Below, one piece after another: positions 39,552 to 48,817 of a stretch of 64,000 nt of DNA. The notes below the pieces were generated by a model, which worked only from the letters and a program-made list of their open reading frames with translations, had not been told where the DNA came from and did not search any database. Position numbers and translations under genes: made by a program. Position 1 is the stretch's first letter, and each line of letters starts with the position of its first letter. The DNA comes from Patescibacteria group bacterium (GTDB taxonomy: Bacteria; Patescibacteriota; Dojkabacteria; J137), in NCBI GenBank assembly GCA_963169855.1, contig CAUJCN010000002.1:197508-261507 (forward strand), written 5' to 3'.

Positions 39552-40493
39552 ATGTTAATTAATATTATTTTAGCTTTAGTTAGCCTTGGAGTTTTAGTTT
39601 ACTCTGCAAAACTAGTCGAAGTTGCATTTGTTCATCTAGGAAGAGTTTTTAGAATAAATGAATTCTTCTTAGGATTTGTGGTTCTGGCAGTTGTCACTTC
39701 TCTTCCAGAAATAAGTATTGCTATTTTCTCCAGCGATCATCACCCAGAGATTTCAGTTGGGAATTTGATTGGAGCAACAACCGTTATTCTTACACTTATT
39801 ATTGGGCTCTCAGCAGTTAAGTATGGAAGAGTTCCTTTTGACAAACAGTTTTCTGCAAAAGAGGCACTAGGAGGAGTCTTTATAATTTTATTAGCTGTAA
39901 CAGCACTTATAGACAGAAATTTAGCTATATTTGAAGGAATAATTCTCTTAACTGGTTACTTCACATATGTTGCAATTATAAATCGGAAAATGTGGACTCA
40001 AGGTAGACAGGTTTTCTTTTTGACTCTAGACAATACCTCTATATACAGAAATATGTTCTGGGTTCTACTCGGAATATTCCTGTTGTTATTCTCATCAAGT
40101 CAGATAGTAAGTAATCTGGAAATTATTGTTGAAGGATTTGGAATTTCCGGAACTTTTGTTGGAATGATTCTATTATCTCTAGGAACAAATTTACCTGAAC
40201 TAACTATTTTAATGACTGCGAACGGCAATGATGAGCAGAACTTAGCACTAGGTAACTTCTTTGGTAGTGCATGTATAAATGTTGCGATATTAGGAACGTT
40301 GGCTGTAATGGCAAATGGAGTTCTTGTGACAGATGCAGTTACTCTTTTGATAGGAATATTCTTCTTGGTATTTGCCTTGATCCTCTTTGTCTTCTTCTCT
40401 TTATCAGAAAGATCTTTGGATAAAAAAGAAGGGATTCTACTAGTTGCCGTTTATGTTGCAATGGTAATTAGTCAGATTATTGTTTTGCTTTAG
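39552..40493 (+). CDS. sodium:calcium antiporter family protein
   Basis: alpha repeats TSLPE..GNLIG and TNLPE..GNFFGS. Confidence 0.9.
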   Translation: MLINIILALVSLGVLVYSAKLVEVAFVHLGRVFRINEFFLGFVVLAVVTSLPEISIAIFSSDHHPEISVGNLIGATTVILTLIIGLSAVKYGRVPFDKQFSAKEALGGVFIILLAVTALIDRNLAIFEGIILLTGYFTYVAIINRKMWTQGRQVFFLTLDNTSIYRNMFWVLLGIFLLLFSSSQIVSNLEIIVEGFGISGTFVGMILLSLGTNLPELTILMTANGNDEQNLALGNFFGSACINVAILGTLAVMANGVLVTDAVTLLIGIFFLVFALILFVFFSLSERSLDKKEGILLVAVYVAMVISQIIVLL

Positions 40494-40524
40494 AGGAAGG
40501 TTTTAACAATATCTTCGATTTTAA

Positions 40525-40895
40525 CTCATACCGCGTTACTTTAAATAATCTTTTAACCTACTTTTATAACTAAAAGTAGGCAATCCCGTATTAAATACGG
40601 GACCGGGGTAAAATGAGTGAGAATAATATCACTCTTAAGTCAAACTATCAGCACAGCATTTTACCCCCGTCCCCGACATTAAACTTAAGTCGAACAAATA
40701 TGCTATAAGTAAAACTTACACGTTCATGTTCTACGGGGTTTGGGAAGAAATCGGCGAGACTTACACTAAAAAGTTACTCGTTCCGATTTCGCCCCCAAAA
40801 CTTGGGCTCCACCTTTAGTTATAAAGGTGGAAATATCTCAACTACACTTATACCGAAGAAAATGATTAACTCAAAAAAAGATAGGAGGTATGGCT
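40525..40895. ncRNA. candidate large structured RNA or palindrome-rich element
   Basis: at least 8 hairpins plus closing stems CATACC/GGTATG and ATCTTTT/AAAAGAT between convergent genes. Confidence 0.5.
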
Positions 40896-40911
40896 GTATA
40901 AGAAGCTTATT

Positions 40912-42171
40912 TTACTTAAAATTGAAATCCTCAAATTTAATCCTATCCTTCTCTACTCCAAGTTTTATAAGCATATCCCTTAAGGCGTACATCATTACGC
41001 TTGGACCACAAATATAGATTTCTCGTTCTTTGAAATCGGGAATATTATTCTGAATATATTCTGCGTTTATAAATCCTTCTGAATCCGAGAAGTGTGGGAT
41101 TAGTTTGAAATCTTTAGCTTTCGACTTCTCTTGAAGTTCAGATAAGTAAACAGCATCATTATTATTTTTATTTGAATGAACAAATACAAGATCTAATACA
41201 TCTGAATCATTAACCATCGACAAAAATGGAGTGGTTCCAATTCCGCCTGAAATCCATAATTGTTTACGCTCCGTTTTATCTACAGTAAAGTAACCGTGTG
41301 GACCAACAATCTTCACTAAATCGCCTACTCTCGCCCTATCTAATGTTGAGGTGTAATCTCCAAGTGATTTTGCCGATATACGGATTATTTCATCGTGGGG
41401 ATCGGAAGAAATTGAAAATGGATGAGCTTCCTTAGAAATAAGATTGGAATCGAGGAATTTTATGAATACAAATTGTCCAGCTTTGAATAACAGCTTCTCT
41501 GCTCTAGGTTTTAGTTGTAACTCGTTAATAATTCCTAGATTTCTTATAGCAGAAATTTCGTAAATATATTTCTTATCAAGATTTCCGTAAATCCATTCTC
41601 TGTAAATAAAAGAGCCTGTTCCTAACACTATAAGTACAAAATTAAACAACCACACTACTCCAAAACTATTTTGAAAGACATGGACTGATGATAAAAACAG
41701 CACTACAATCATAAGCTTGTGGGTATACTTCCAGATATGATAAGGAAGTTTTATAACTAAAGTGAACAGCAGCAAAATGTTTAGAAGATAAAACGCTCCC
41801 ATTCCAGTATTGTAATTGAGTAAACTTCCAGGAATATAGTGCAACTTTAGACTTTCCAAGTTAAACACAGAAGAAGTTGCGAGGAATAAAGGATGAAGAA
41901 AAATGAAAACATACGCATATCTTCCAGACTTTTTATGGGATTTATAGACTTTGTCCAAACCTCCGTAAATCTTTTCCACAAAGCCGAATCTTGATGCATG
42001 GAGAAAACTATTTGCAATAAATGCTATTCCAATAAGTCCTGATAATTTCGCCAAGCCTTTCACTATTGTTACAGGAGGAGATGCATAAGCATCCAGCACC
42101 CAGACAAAAATTGCTAACAGTGGAAGAATCCAAAAAAAGATTTTATTTAATAATGAAGATTTCAAAAACAT
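40912..42171 (-). CDS. ferric reductase-like TM plus FAD/NAD-binding oxidoreductase
   Basis: heme His pairs, AGQF, HPFSISS, GPHG, GGIGTTPF, YICGP. Confidence 0.9.
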   Translation of the reverse strand: MFLKSSLLNKIFFWILPLLAIFVWVLDAYASPPVTIVKGLAKLSGLIGIAFIANSFLHASRFGFVEKIYGGLDKVYKSHKKSGRYAYVFIFLHPLFLATSSVFNLESLKLHYIPGSLLNYNTGMGAFYLLNILLLFTLVIKLPYHIWKYTHKLMIVVLFLSSVHVFQNSFGVVWLFNFVLIVLGTGSFIYREWIYGNLDKKYIYEISAIRNLGIINELQLKPRAEKLLFKAGQFVFIKFLDSNLISKEAHPFSISSDPHDEIIRISAKSLGDYTSTLDRARVGDLVKIVGPHGYFTVDKTERKQLWISGGIGTTPFLSMVNDSDVLDLVFVHSNKNNNDAVYLSELQEKSKAKDFKLIPHFSDSEGFINAEYIQNNIPDFKEREIYICGPSVMMYALRDMLIKLGVEKDRIKFEDFNFK

Positions 42172-42180
42172 TTTCTAAGT

Positions 42181-42299
42181 ATAAAGGAAAAAGATTAAAA
42201 GGTCTAAAAATAAAGAGAAAAAGATTAAAAAGCGAAAAGGCGAAAAGAAGAAAAGACTAAAAGACTCAAGGTTCAAGGTTCAAGGTTCAAGGTTCAAGA
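42181..42299. repeat. 7-8-mer tandem array including (TCAAGGT) x4.7
   Basis: 42266-42298 perfect heptamer run; AAAAGxx units before it. Confidence 0.85.
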
Positions 42300-42303
42300 A
42301 ATC

Positions 42304-42648
42304 CTACTTTAGATTTTTGAGTATAGCAACAAAAATTAATACCAGCTCCTTCGATTCTTTCTCAAATTCTCTAAATTTCGGATCTTGGGTCACCTCTGCA
42401 AGGATATTACACCAGTAAACAGTCTCTGTTGCCTCTTTCTTAGAAATTCTAATTCTCATTTTGAAATCTTGCGTTCCAAGATTTTGATTTGCCTCTATAT
42501 AATTTGATCCAATAGAACCAGAAGATCTTATCAGCTGTCTGAAATCGTCTACGAGCAAGGAGTTGAATTTATATACACGAAGGTGCTTCCTCACATTTAT
42601 AGAAAAACTTGAAGTTCTTTGTATTAGATCAAACTTAGGCATATCCAA
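42304..42648 (-). CDS. four helix bundle protein (TIGR02436 / 23S IVP / Avd-like)
   Basis: QLIRSSGSIGSNYIEA, ISKKEATETVYW. Confidence 0.9.
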   Translation of the reverse strand: MDMPKFDLIQRTSSFSINVRKHLRVYKFNSLLVDDFRQLIRSSGSIGSNYIEANQNLGTQDFKMRIRISKKEATETVYWCNILAEVTQDPKFREFEKESKELVLIFVAILKNLK

Positions 42649-42740
42649 AGTTTAACTATGACAGTATGAGGAAAACAATGTGTTTGGATACAATAATCAA
42701 TGATTCTTTGAATCTTATAACTTGTATCTTGAAACTTTCT

Positions 42741-45014
42741 TTATATACTTCCTGCAGGTAAGATATCAAGAATGTTAATACCAATAATTCTTAATATTAA
42801 GATACTGAATGTTAAAACGATTAGTCCAGTTACAGTTCGAATTATCAACTCTCTAGCTTTTTTAACATTAGCCTCATTACCTGTCTGATACATGATTCCT
42901 GCGTAAATTAACATAATCAATGCAACACCTCCCATTACTCCGTAAACGATTCTAATCAAACCTGTAATCAATCCCGATGGTGTTGTATCTGTACATCCAA
43001 TCCCTGTCCAGACGCCTCCTTGAGCTCTGCAATTACAACAAAGGTTATAGTTTTCTGAATCGACGCCACCTGCTGAAGCACTCTGACTTGCGGAATTTGC
43101 TCCGCCTAGACATGCGATTGTATCTATAACTGAGCCGTTGCAAAGTGGAACACTTCTGGTACTATCAGTTTGAGAAGGATCGCAAATATTAAGAGTGCTT
43201 GTTGCTGCATCTACATTAATAGGCTCCCCTGGGCTGAAACATCTCTCGCATTTTAGACCAACATTTGCTGGTTGATCAAATACATTAACACCTCCTTGCT
43301 GAATACTTCTTAGAGTATCAGTATTATCTAAGAAACAACCAAAATTGCTGGCACATTTTTTTGGCGCGAGTTTTTGAGGAGCTACTGTAATTGAACCTGA
43401 AGGATAACCAACTCCCATCCCCAATCCAAATTGAGGTTTGATAATATCTGAGCCTACCTCAGTAGTCGCATCTACACTGGGAACGAATTTACCTCCAACT
43501 ACTTTAACACCAATAATCATATTCGCACCTACCATTGCTTTCAATGCCTCATCAAGCGTGTCATAAGCAATTTCATCTGCTTGATTCAATTTGTCAGCAG
43601 AATAAATTATCTGTTTATCACTTGTGTAGCAACCTTTTTGTGATGGATCAACTCCTTCAACTATATAGATACCTGGTGTCACTCCTGAGTTTGGAATCTT
43701 ACAACAAACTCCAGCTTGTAATGCTTCAACAGCACTTTGTTCTGAAGTATTTACAAACTTATACCCGCTAGGACAACACCCAGACACGAATCCAACTGTA
43801 AAATTCAATCTGTTTGGCGCTCTTTGAGGATTCCATCCAACAGGACAATATCTTGGAACTGCAAATAGTCTATCTTGAAATCCAGTTGTGCTTGCAACAC
43901 TTTCTATATTTTGACAAGATGGATTTGGTTCATTGACTTTACAAATCCCAGCATTGTTAAATTCTGAAAAAGCCATCCATCTAACTATTACATCAGAGAA
44001 TGATTGCTTAACACAAATATTGGCGTAATCATTGCCATAAGATAATTCTAAACTTTCTTGAAGTTTGTTTCTAGTAATAGTATCAAAAAGTTGTGAAGAT
44101 ATAGTTCGTTCCAACAAATTATACCCACCTGGGCAGTTCCCATAATTGTTTACACAACTAATACCTGAACCTAGAGTAGTATAATCATATTCACCGCCAG
44201 TAGTGCTGCCGGTTGTCGTCGCGACAGGAATAGTACTCCCAACAGTTAATAGACCCCCTACATTCAAGTTATTTAGTATACCTGATACTTCAGATCTACA
44301 TGACGAAGTATAATCTCCTCCAGCTAGTTTAAAATTCGTAGAAGAAGGTCTGACTGTTCTATTAAATATCAAAGCTGTAGAATTGACAGGATCTGGCTCA
44401 ATGCAAGTTACATTAGTTAAATCACTGTTAAAACAATCTTGAATTTGACCTAGAATAGAAGTAATTGCAGGTTGAAAAACATCGAAACTACCTAATGTTA
44501 AGTCCTCATCAAGTTCCGCAGTAAATCCTGGATGAGAAAGTATAAAATCAGTACCTAGATCCATAGCAAAGAAACCTCCACAAGCAAAATTTGTTAGGTT
44601 TGACTTAATGTTCGATTCATTAATATTATTCGTTTGAATATCATTAGATAAAGCTATCAGATAAGGTTTTAATATTGAATCTCTAAATTGATTTCTAAGT
44701 GGAGAGTCTGTATCAAAAAATATTTGAGCATTTGGATTAAAAGAACCCATATTGTTTTCCAGATATGTATAAAGCAAATTTATCACTTCAAGTTGATTGG
44801 ACTTTAACTGAGCGACAGTACTGCTCGAACCAGAGACATTGATTAACTGTTGTAATGCAGCATCATAGTCAATATTAGCTGCGGCACAAACTACACCTTC
44901 ATCAGGATTAACAGTTTGCTGAACTACTCTAAAAGGATTAAGTGGTGTAATACTTAAAGCTATACTGAAGAAGATTACAACTATACTTTTGATTTTAGTA
45001 AACTTCGAAACCAT
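42741..45014 (-). CDS. large Cys-rich secreted protein with C-terminal TrbC/VirB2-like pilin domain
   Basis: WTGIGC, G..G.ALIMLIYAG..Y..G....KKARE.I...VTGL. Confidence 0.75.
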   Translation of the reverse strand: MVSKFTKIKSIVVIFFSIALSITPLNPFRVVQQTVNPDEGVVCAAANIDYDAALQQLINVSGSSSTVAQLKSNQLEVINLLYTYLENNMGSFNPNAQIFFDTDSPLRNQFRDSILKPYLIALSNDIQTNNINESNIKSNLTNFACGGFFAMDLGTDFILSHPGFTAELDEDLTLGSFDVFQPAITSILGQIQDCFNSDLTNVTCIEPDPVNSTALIFNRTVRPSSTNFKLAGGDYTSSCRSEVSGILNNLNVGGLLTVGSTIPVATTTGSTTGGEYDYTTLGSGISCVNNYGNCPGGYNLLERTISSQLFDTITRNKLQESLELSYGNDYANICVKQSFSDVIVRWMAFSEFNNAGICKVNEPNPSCQNIESVASTTGFQDRLFAVPRYCPVGWNPQRAPNRLNFTVGFVSGCCPSGYKFVNTSEQSAVEALQAGVCCKIPNSGVTPGIYIVEGVDPSQKGCYTSDKQIIYSADKLNQADEIAYDTLDEALKAMVGANMIIGVKVVGGKFVPSVDATTEVGSDIIKPQFGLGMGVGYPSGSITVAPQKLAPKKCASNFGCFLDNTDTLRSIQQGGVNVFDQPANVGLKCERCFSPGEPINVDAATSTLNICDPSQTDSTRSVPLCNGSVIDTIACLGGANSASQSASAGGVDSENYNLCCNCRAQGGVWTGIGCTDTTPSGLITGLIRIVYGVMGGVALIMLIYAGIMYQTGNEANVKKARELIIRTVTGLIVLTFSILILRIIGINILDILPAGSI

Positions 45015-45086
45015 ACTAATTAAAGTCTGAAATTGAAAGATTGAAGATCGAATTTTTTGTTTTCGATCTTCTTTCTTCGAGCTTCG

Positions 45087-46190
45087 TTAATTACTCATTA
45101 AACTTTTCTTCTTTCCCTGTTTTTTATTTACCATTCTATTCTTAAAGTAGTAGTATCCTACAATTATTACGGCTGTAATCAAAATAACTTTCCAAGGAAG
45201 TAGCCAGAATGACACAGCATAATCTACTCTTGCATTCTCTCCTGTTGCTTTATCCTTGTAGAATAATTGCAGTGTAGCGTTATATCTTCCAAATCTAATT
45301 TTATTTAAATCTTCCGGGTGAACAGCGAAACTGTAGTCAGTAGTTTTCGTCTGCTCATTGTAAGTTCCATCGAATCTGAATGCTCCATCACTCCAAGTGT
45401 TTACAAATTCTCTTGTTGTTCCGGAAAGAACGGAACCTTTTCCCTCGTTAATGTTTTGAATTAAGTATGTAGGTTTTGCTAAATCCCCTTGATGAACAGT
45501 AATTGATCCTCCAGGAGTTAAGTAAACGTTACCTGTATTTCTTAAAGTTAAAACGAAATTCAAAGGATGCCATTCAAACATTCCTAAAAATGGACCATTC
45601 CCCCATGCATCTTTAACATCGAAGCTACTAACTTCCAAATTGGATTTAATATCTCCAGGAACTGTTACAAAGATTAACGGTCCTAATCTAGAAGCCAATG
45701 CTACTTGGTTTGGACCTGCAGAAGGATTATATTCAGAATCTGAAAGCAATAATGCTGCTGTATATGATCCTGGTTCTGCATCTGCAGGTACAGAAATCTC
45801 GAATCTAACTTCAGCTGTATCTCCTAGTTCAGTAACAGTATAAGATTTATCTAACGGTTTAATCCAATCTTCTAAAGATGTTTTCGGTTTGTTTCTACCT
45901 TTCTCTAGGAAGACCGGTGTTCCAGATTTACCATCAGCAGTAAAGTCCGAAGTGACAGGGAATAAAGTTACAACTAAATCTGCTTCAGGATAATCATGTC
46001 TTAGCTCAAAAGAATCAGAAATTGTTCTACCCTTTTCAACTGTGTATTCCAAAACTGTTGCGTTAATAACCGCCCCATAAACTCCTTGACGAGTATCTTC
46101 ATCGACTGCCGTATCTTGTGCCAACACAAAAACCGGTGATCCTACTAAAAATAAAATGAATGAAAAGGAAAGGACTCGAAAATATTTCAT
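45087..46190 (-). CDS. DUF916/WxL-partner-like surface protein
   Basis: F.ISVPADAEPGSY.A, VTVPG, NTGNVYLTP.G, FGRY.A.L, FWLLPWK TM. Confidence 0.75.
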   Translation of the reverse strand: MKYFRVLSFSFILFLVGSPVFVLAQDTAVDEDTRQGVYGAVINATVLEYTVEKGRTISDSFELRHDYPEADLVVTLFPVTSDFTADGKSGTPVFLEKGRNKPKTSLEDWIKPLDKSYTVTELGDTAEVRFEISVPADAEPGSYTAALLLSDSEYNPSAGPNQVALASRLGPLIFVTVPGDIKSNLEVSSFDVKDAWGNGPFLGMFEWHPLNFVLTLRNTGNVYLTPGGSITVHQGDLAKPTYLIQNINEGKGSVLSGTTREFVNTWSDGAFRFDGTYNEQTKTTDYSFAVHPEDLNKIRFGRYNATLQLFYKDKATGENARVDYAVSFWLLPWKVILITAVIIVGYYYFKNRMVNKKQGKKKSLMSN

Positions 46191-46312
46191 AGAATGATTA
46201 ATAAACTAAAACAATATCATCTTACAAGAATTCATGATAGTCGACAATACTTTTTAGAGGGAAAGATGAAAATATTTTGAAGAACCTTTAAAACAAAAAC
46301 ATAGAATTAAGA

Positions 46313-46344
46313 ACCCTCCTTCGCTCTTTCGAGCTTAGGAGGGT
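46313..46344. repeat. REP-like/terminator hairpin ACCCTCCT-TCGCTC-TTTC-GAGCTT-AGGAGGGT
   Basis: 8-bp outer stem downstream of the surface protein gene. Confidence 0.6.
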
Positions 46345-46372
46345 GGGGAATCTTTAAGTTAGTTTGCTAAGC

Positions 46373-47479
46373 TTAGAAAGAAGCTGTAACAGTGTAAGTT
46401 ACTACGTGTGAGTAAGCACCTACTTCCTGAGCAGCATCGATTCTAACTCCGTGTTCCACTAATGTAGTGTTAACTAAGTCAGTACCTGCAGGTGAAACTG
46501 GACCAGCATTAGAAACAATGTCATCAGCAGTGTTATCTGTGATTACATAGTAGTCTGTTGGAGTAGCTCCAAAGTCGCCTCCTCTAGTATGACCAGCAGC
46601 AGGTGTTAATCTAACACCGTATCCTGATGCAGCAGTTAAATCGTCTCCAGCACCAGCAACATCTGGGATACTAACAGTAGCAGTCTTTGCTAATCTGTCT
46701 TGAGTAACTCCAGCTGTGTCTGCAGAACTTGAAACATAGTTAATTGTATATCCAGATCCAGCATTTGTAGCAACCTTTAATCTATATTGACATCCGTTTA
46801 CTCCTGTACCAGGGTTTGGTGTAGCGGCAAGTTGTAGAATTCCCATATCACAAACTCTGTTTCCAGCAGTTAAACCAGGCGCTAATAAAGCAGTATCAGC
46901 AGCATTCTTCAACACAAATGATAGTGTTGGAGGAACTAAAGCAGTAATGTTAACATCGTTAGCATCTCCAATGTACCAAAGGAAAGCTCCGAAGTCCCCA
47001 GACTGGGTAGTAATTCCAACTGAAGTGTTTCCAGCTTCAACATTAGTATCTAATCTACTTGCTGCAATAATAATTTCGCAAGTACCAGGTACTCCAGTAA
47101 TTCCAGTTAAAGATAAAGTAGGATTAGCAGTGTTGTCCGCAATTGGTGAACCCGCTAGAGTTACAGCACCAGAACAACCGTTTGCTACAGTAATGTCCGC
47201 TGAGGCAAGACCTCCGGCATTATCAACGATAATTCCGTTGTTAGCAGTTAATGGACCTCCAGTAAATGTTATTTGAACAACATCTGTAGGAGCGATAGCA
47301 GTAGTAAAATCAAATGTAATTGTTGGCGTAACGTCAACGTTTACAGCTGAGGATGTAGCAACAATACCAGCTCCAGTAACATCCATGTTTGTTAACGCTG
47401 CTGCGGAAACACCAAAGAAGCCTGAAAAAGGCGCTGCTAATAGAGCAAAAACAGTTAATAGTGCAACTTGTTTTTTCAT
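46373..47479 (-). CDS. secreted WxL-like / surface protein
   Basis: signal peptide MKKQVALL, A/T/G-rich, VPPTLSF, TNA.SGY, G.Y..VVTYTVTASF. Confidence 0.7.
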   Translation of the reverse strand: MKKQVALLTVFALLAAPFSGFFGVSAAALTNMDVTGAGIVATSSAVNVDVTPTITFDFTTAIAPTDVVQITFTGGPLTANNGIIVDNAGGLASADITVANGCSGAVTLAGSPIADNTANPTLSLTGITGVPGTCEIIIAASRLDTNVEAGNTSVGITTQSGDFGAFLWYIGDANDVNITALVPPTLSFVLKNAADTALLAPGLTAGNRVCDMGILQLAATPNPGTGVNGCQYRLKVATNAGSGYTINYVSSSADTAGVTQDRLAKTATVSIPDVAGAGDDLTAASGYGVRLTPAAGHTRGGDFGATPTDYYVITDNTADDIVSNAGPVSPAGTDLVNTTLVEHGVRIDAAQEVGAYSHVVTYTVTASF

Positions 47480-47726
47480 TCTATTAAAATAAAATAAATA
47501 AAATAATTTAGCATATAACAACACCTATCTTAAGATAACCCCATGCATCTCAGTAATAGTTGTGTAATAGCATTACCCTAACAGTAAAACATTTATCGAA
47601 AGTGATGTCAAGGGCCTTGGAAGCACTCAATCTGCAAAGCAGGATCTCGATCGAGAAATGAAAACACTCATTCTGAGTAAATTTGTTGATTGATTTTCTT
47701 GTAACTTTTTAGTGGAATTTGGAGTA

Positions 47727-48614
47727 TTAAGCTTGATGTTCAGCTTCTACTTTTTTGTATCTTGATTTTGCTTGGCAATCTTCTGAGCAACCGCCTTCAA
47801 ATTTTGCTTCGCATTCTTCGCAACAAATAAATTGCTTGTTGCACTTTGCATTGCAACAGTTAATGTATCTTGCAATTTTTTTCTTACAATGTTCACATTC
47901 AGAAATAACTTCTGGGTTTACTGAGTTAACAGGTACGTGAATTCTTGAATCAAAAACATAGCAAGTTCCTTCGAAATCTTTTCCTCCTGTTTCTTCGCCG
48001 TATCTAACGATACCTCCGTGAAGCTGTCTTACGTTCTTAAATCCTTTTTCAACCAAATATGCAGAGGCTTTTTCGCATCTGATTCCGCCTGTACAGTAAG
48101 TAACAATTGTCTTATCTTTTAAATCTTCAATTGAATCTACAAACTCAGACCATTCCCTAAAGTTATCGATATCTGGTGCAATTGCATTTTTAAACTTACC
48201 AATCTTAGATTCGTAGTTATTTCTGGCATCGATAAGAATAATTTCATCACCTTTTTCTTCCAACTCTTTTTTTAAATCTTTTGGTTCGATATATGGAGCT
48301 TTGTTCTTTACAGAAACTTTTGTTCTTAAAGATACAATTTCGTCTCTAACCACAACTCTTAATTTTGGAAATGGATCTTCTTCTGTATAACTGATTTTCC
48401 ATTCAATATCGCTAAATTCGGGATATTTCTGAGTAGCTTCCATATACTCATTTATAGACTCTTCACTTCCACCTACAGTGCCGTTTAATCCTTCGTCTCC
48501 AATAAGAATCCTACCCTTTAATCCGAGTCTTGCACACAAGTTGTACTGTTCGTCCCTGAATTTCTTAGGGTCTGCCAGTTCAATATATTTGTAGTATAAA
48601 AGGACTTTAAACAT
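47727..48614 (-). CDS. trhO: tRNA U34 hydroxylase (rhodanese-related, YceA/YbfQ)
   Basis: LLYYKY, GRILI..EG.NGT, DARN.YE..IG.F, YCTGGIRCEKAS, CYVFD.R. Confidence 0.95.
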   Translation of the reverse strand: MFKVLLYYKYIELADPKKFRDEQYNLCARLGLKGRILIGDEGLNGTVGGSEESINEYMEATQKYPEFSDIEWKISYTEEDPFPKLRVVVRDEIVSLRTKVSVKNKAPYIEPKDLKKELEEKGDEIILIDARNNYESKIGKFKNAIAPDIDNFREWSEFVDSIEDLKDKTIVTYCTGGIRCEKASAYLVEKGFKNVRQLHGGIVRYGEETGGKDFEGTCYVFDSRIHVPVNSVNPEVISECEHCKKKIARYINCCNAKCNKQFICCEECEAKFEGGCSEDCQAKSRYKKVEAEHQA

Positions 48615-48634
48615 AAGTGGGTTAATTATACCAT

Positions 48635-48775
48635 ATGGGCTGTGGGTTATGAGCTGTGAGCTTTGGGCTTTTGGCTGTGAGTTTTAAAGACCTTTTACCC
48701 TAGTTATTTGATACTTCAAGATTCAAGATTCAAGATTCAAGATTTAAATATAATCTTTCGCCTTTGACCTTTTTC
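48635..48775. repeat. 7-mer tandem arrays (GCTGTGA-type and TTCAAGA x4)
   Basis: 48715-48742 perfect TTCAAGA x4; same units as 38481-38600. Confidence 0.85.
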
Positions 48776-48817
48776 ACTTATAATAAAGAATACTTAATTT
48801 ACCACTTCAACTTTAAT

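Noticed and set aside
40490-40895. RNase P RNA or tmRNA call
   Set aside because: No GAGGAAAGTCC / AGAA..CGGCTTA pair and no tRNA-like ends on either strand.
40802-41017. 71-aa ORF
   Set aside because: Overlaps the structured element and is antisense to the ferric reductase 3' end.
42066-42260. Lys/Arg-rich 64-aa ORF
   Set aside because: Translation of the AAAAG-type repeat array, antisense to the ferric reductase start.
42304-45014. Diversity-generating retroelement (Avd-like gene beside a surface protein)
   Set aside because: No reverse transcriptase and no TR/VR repeat pair differing at adenines seen in the window.
38481-48775. CRISPR array
   Set aside because: Repeats are 7-8-nt tandem units without spacers, and there are no cas genes.
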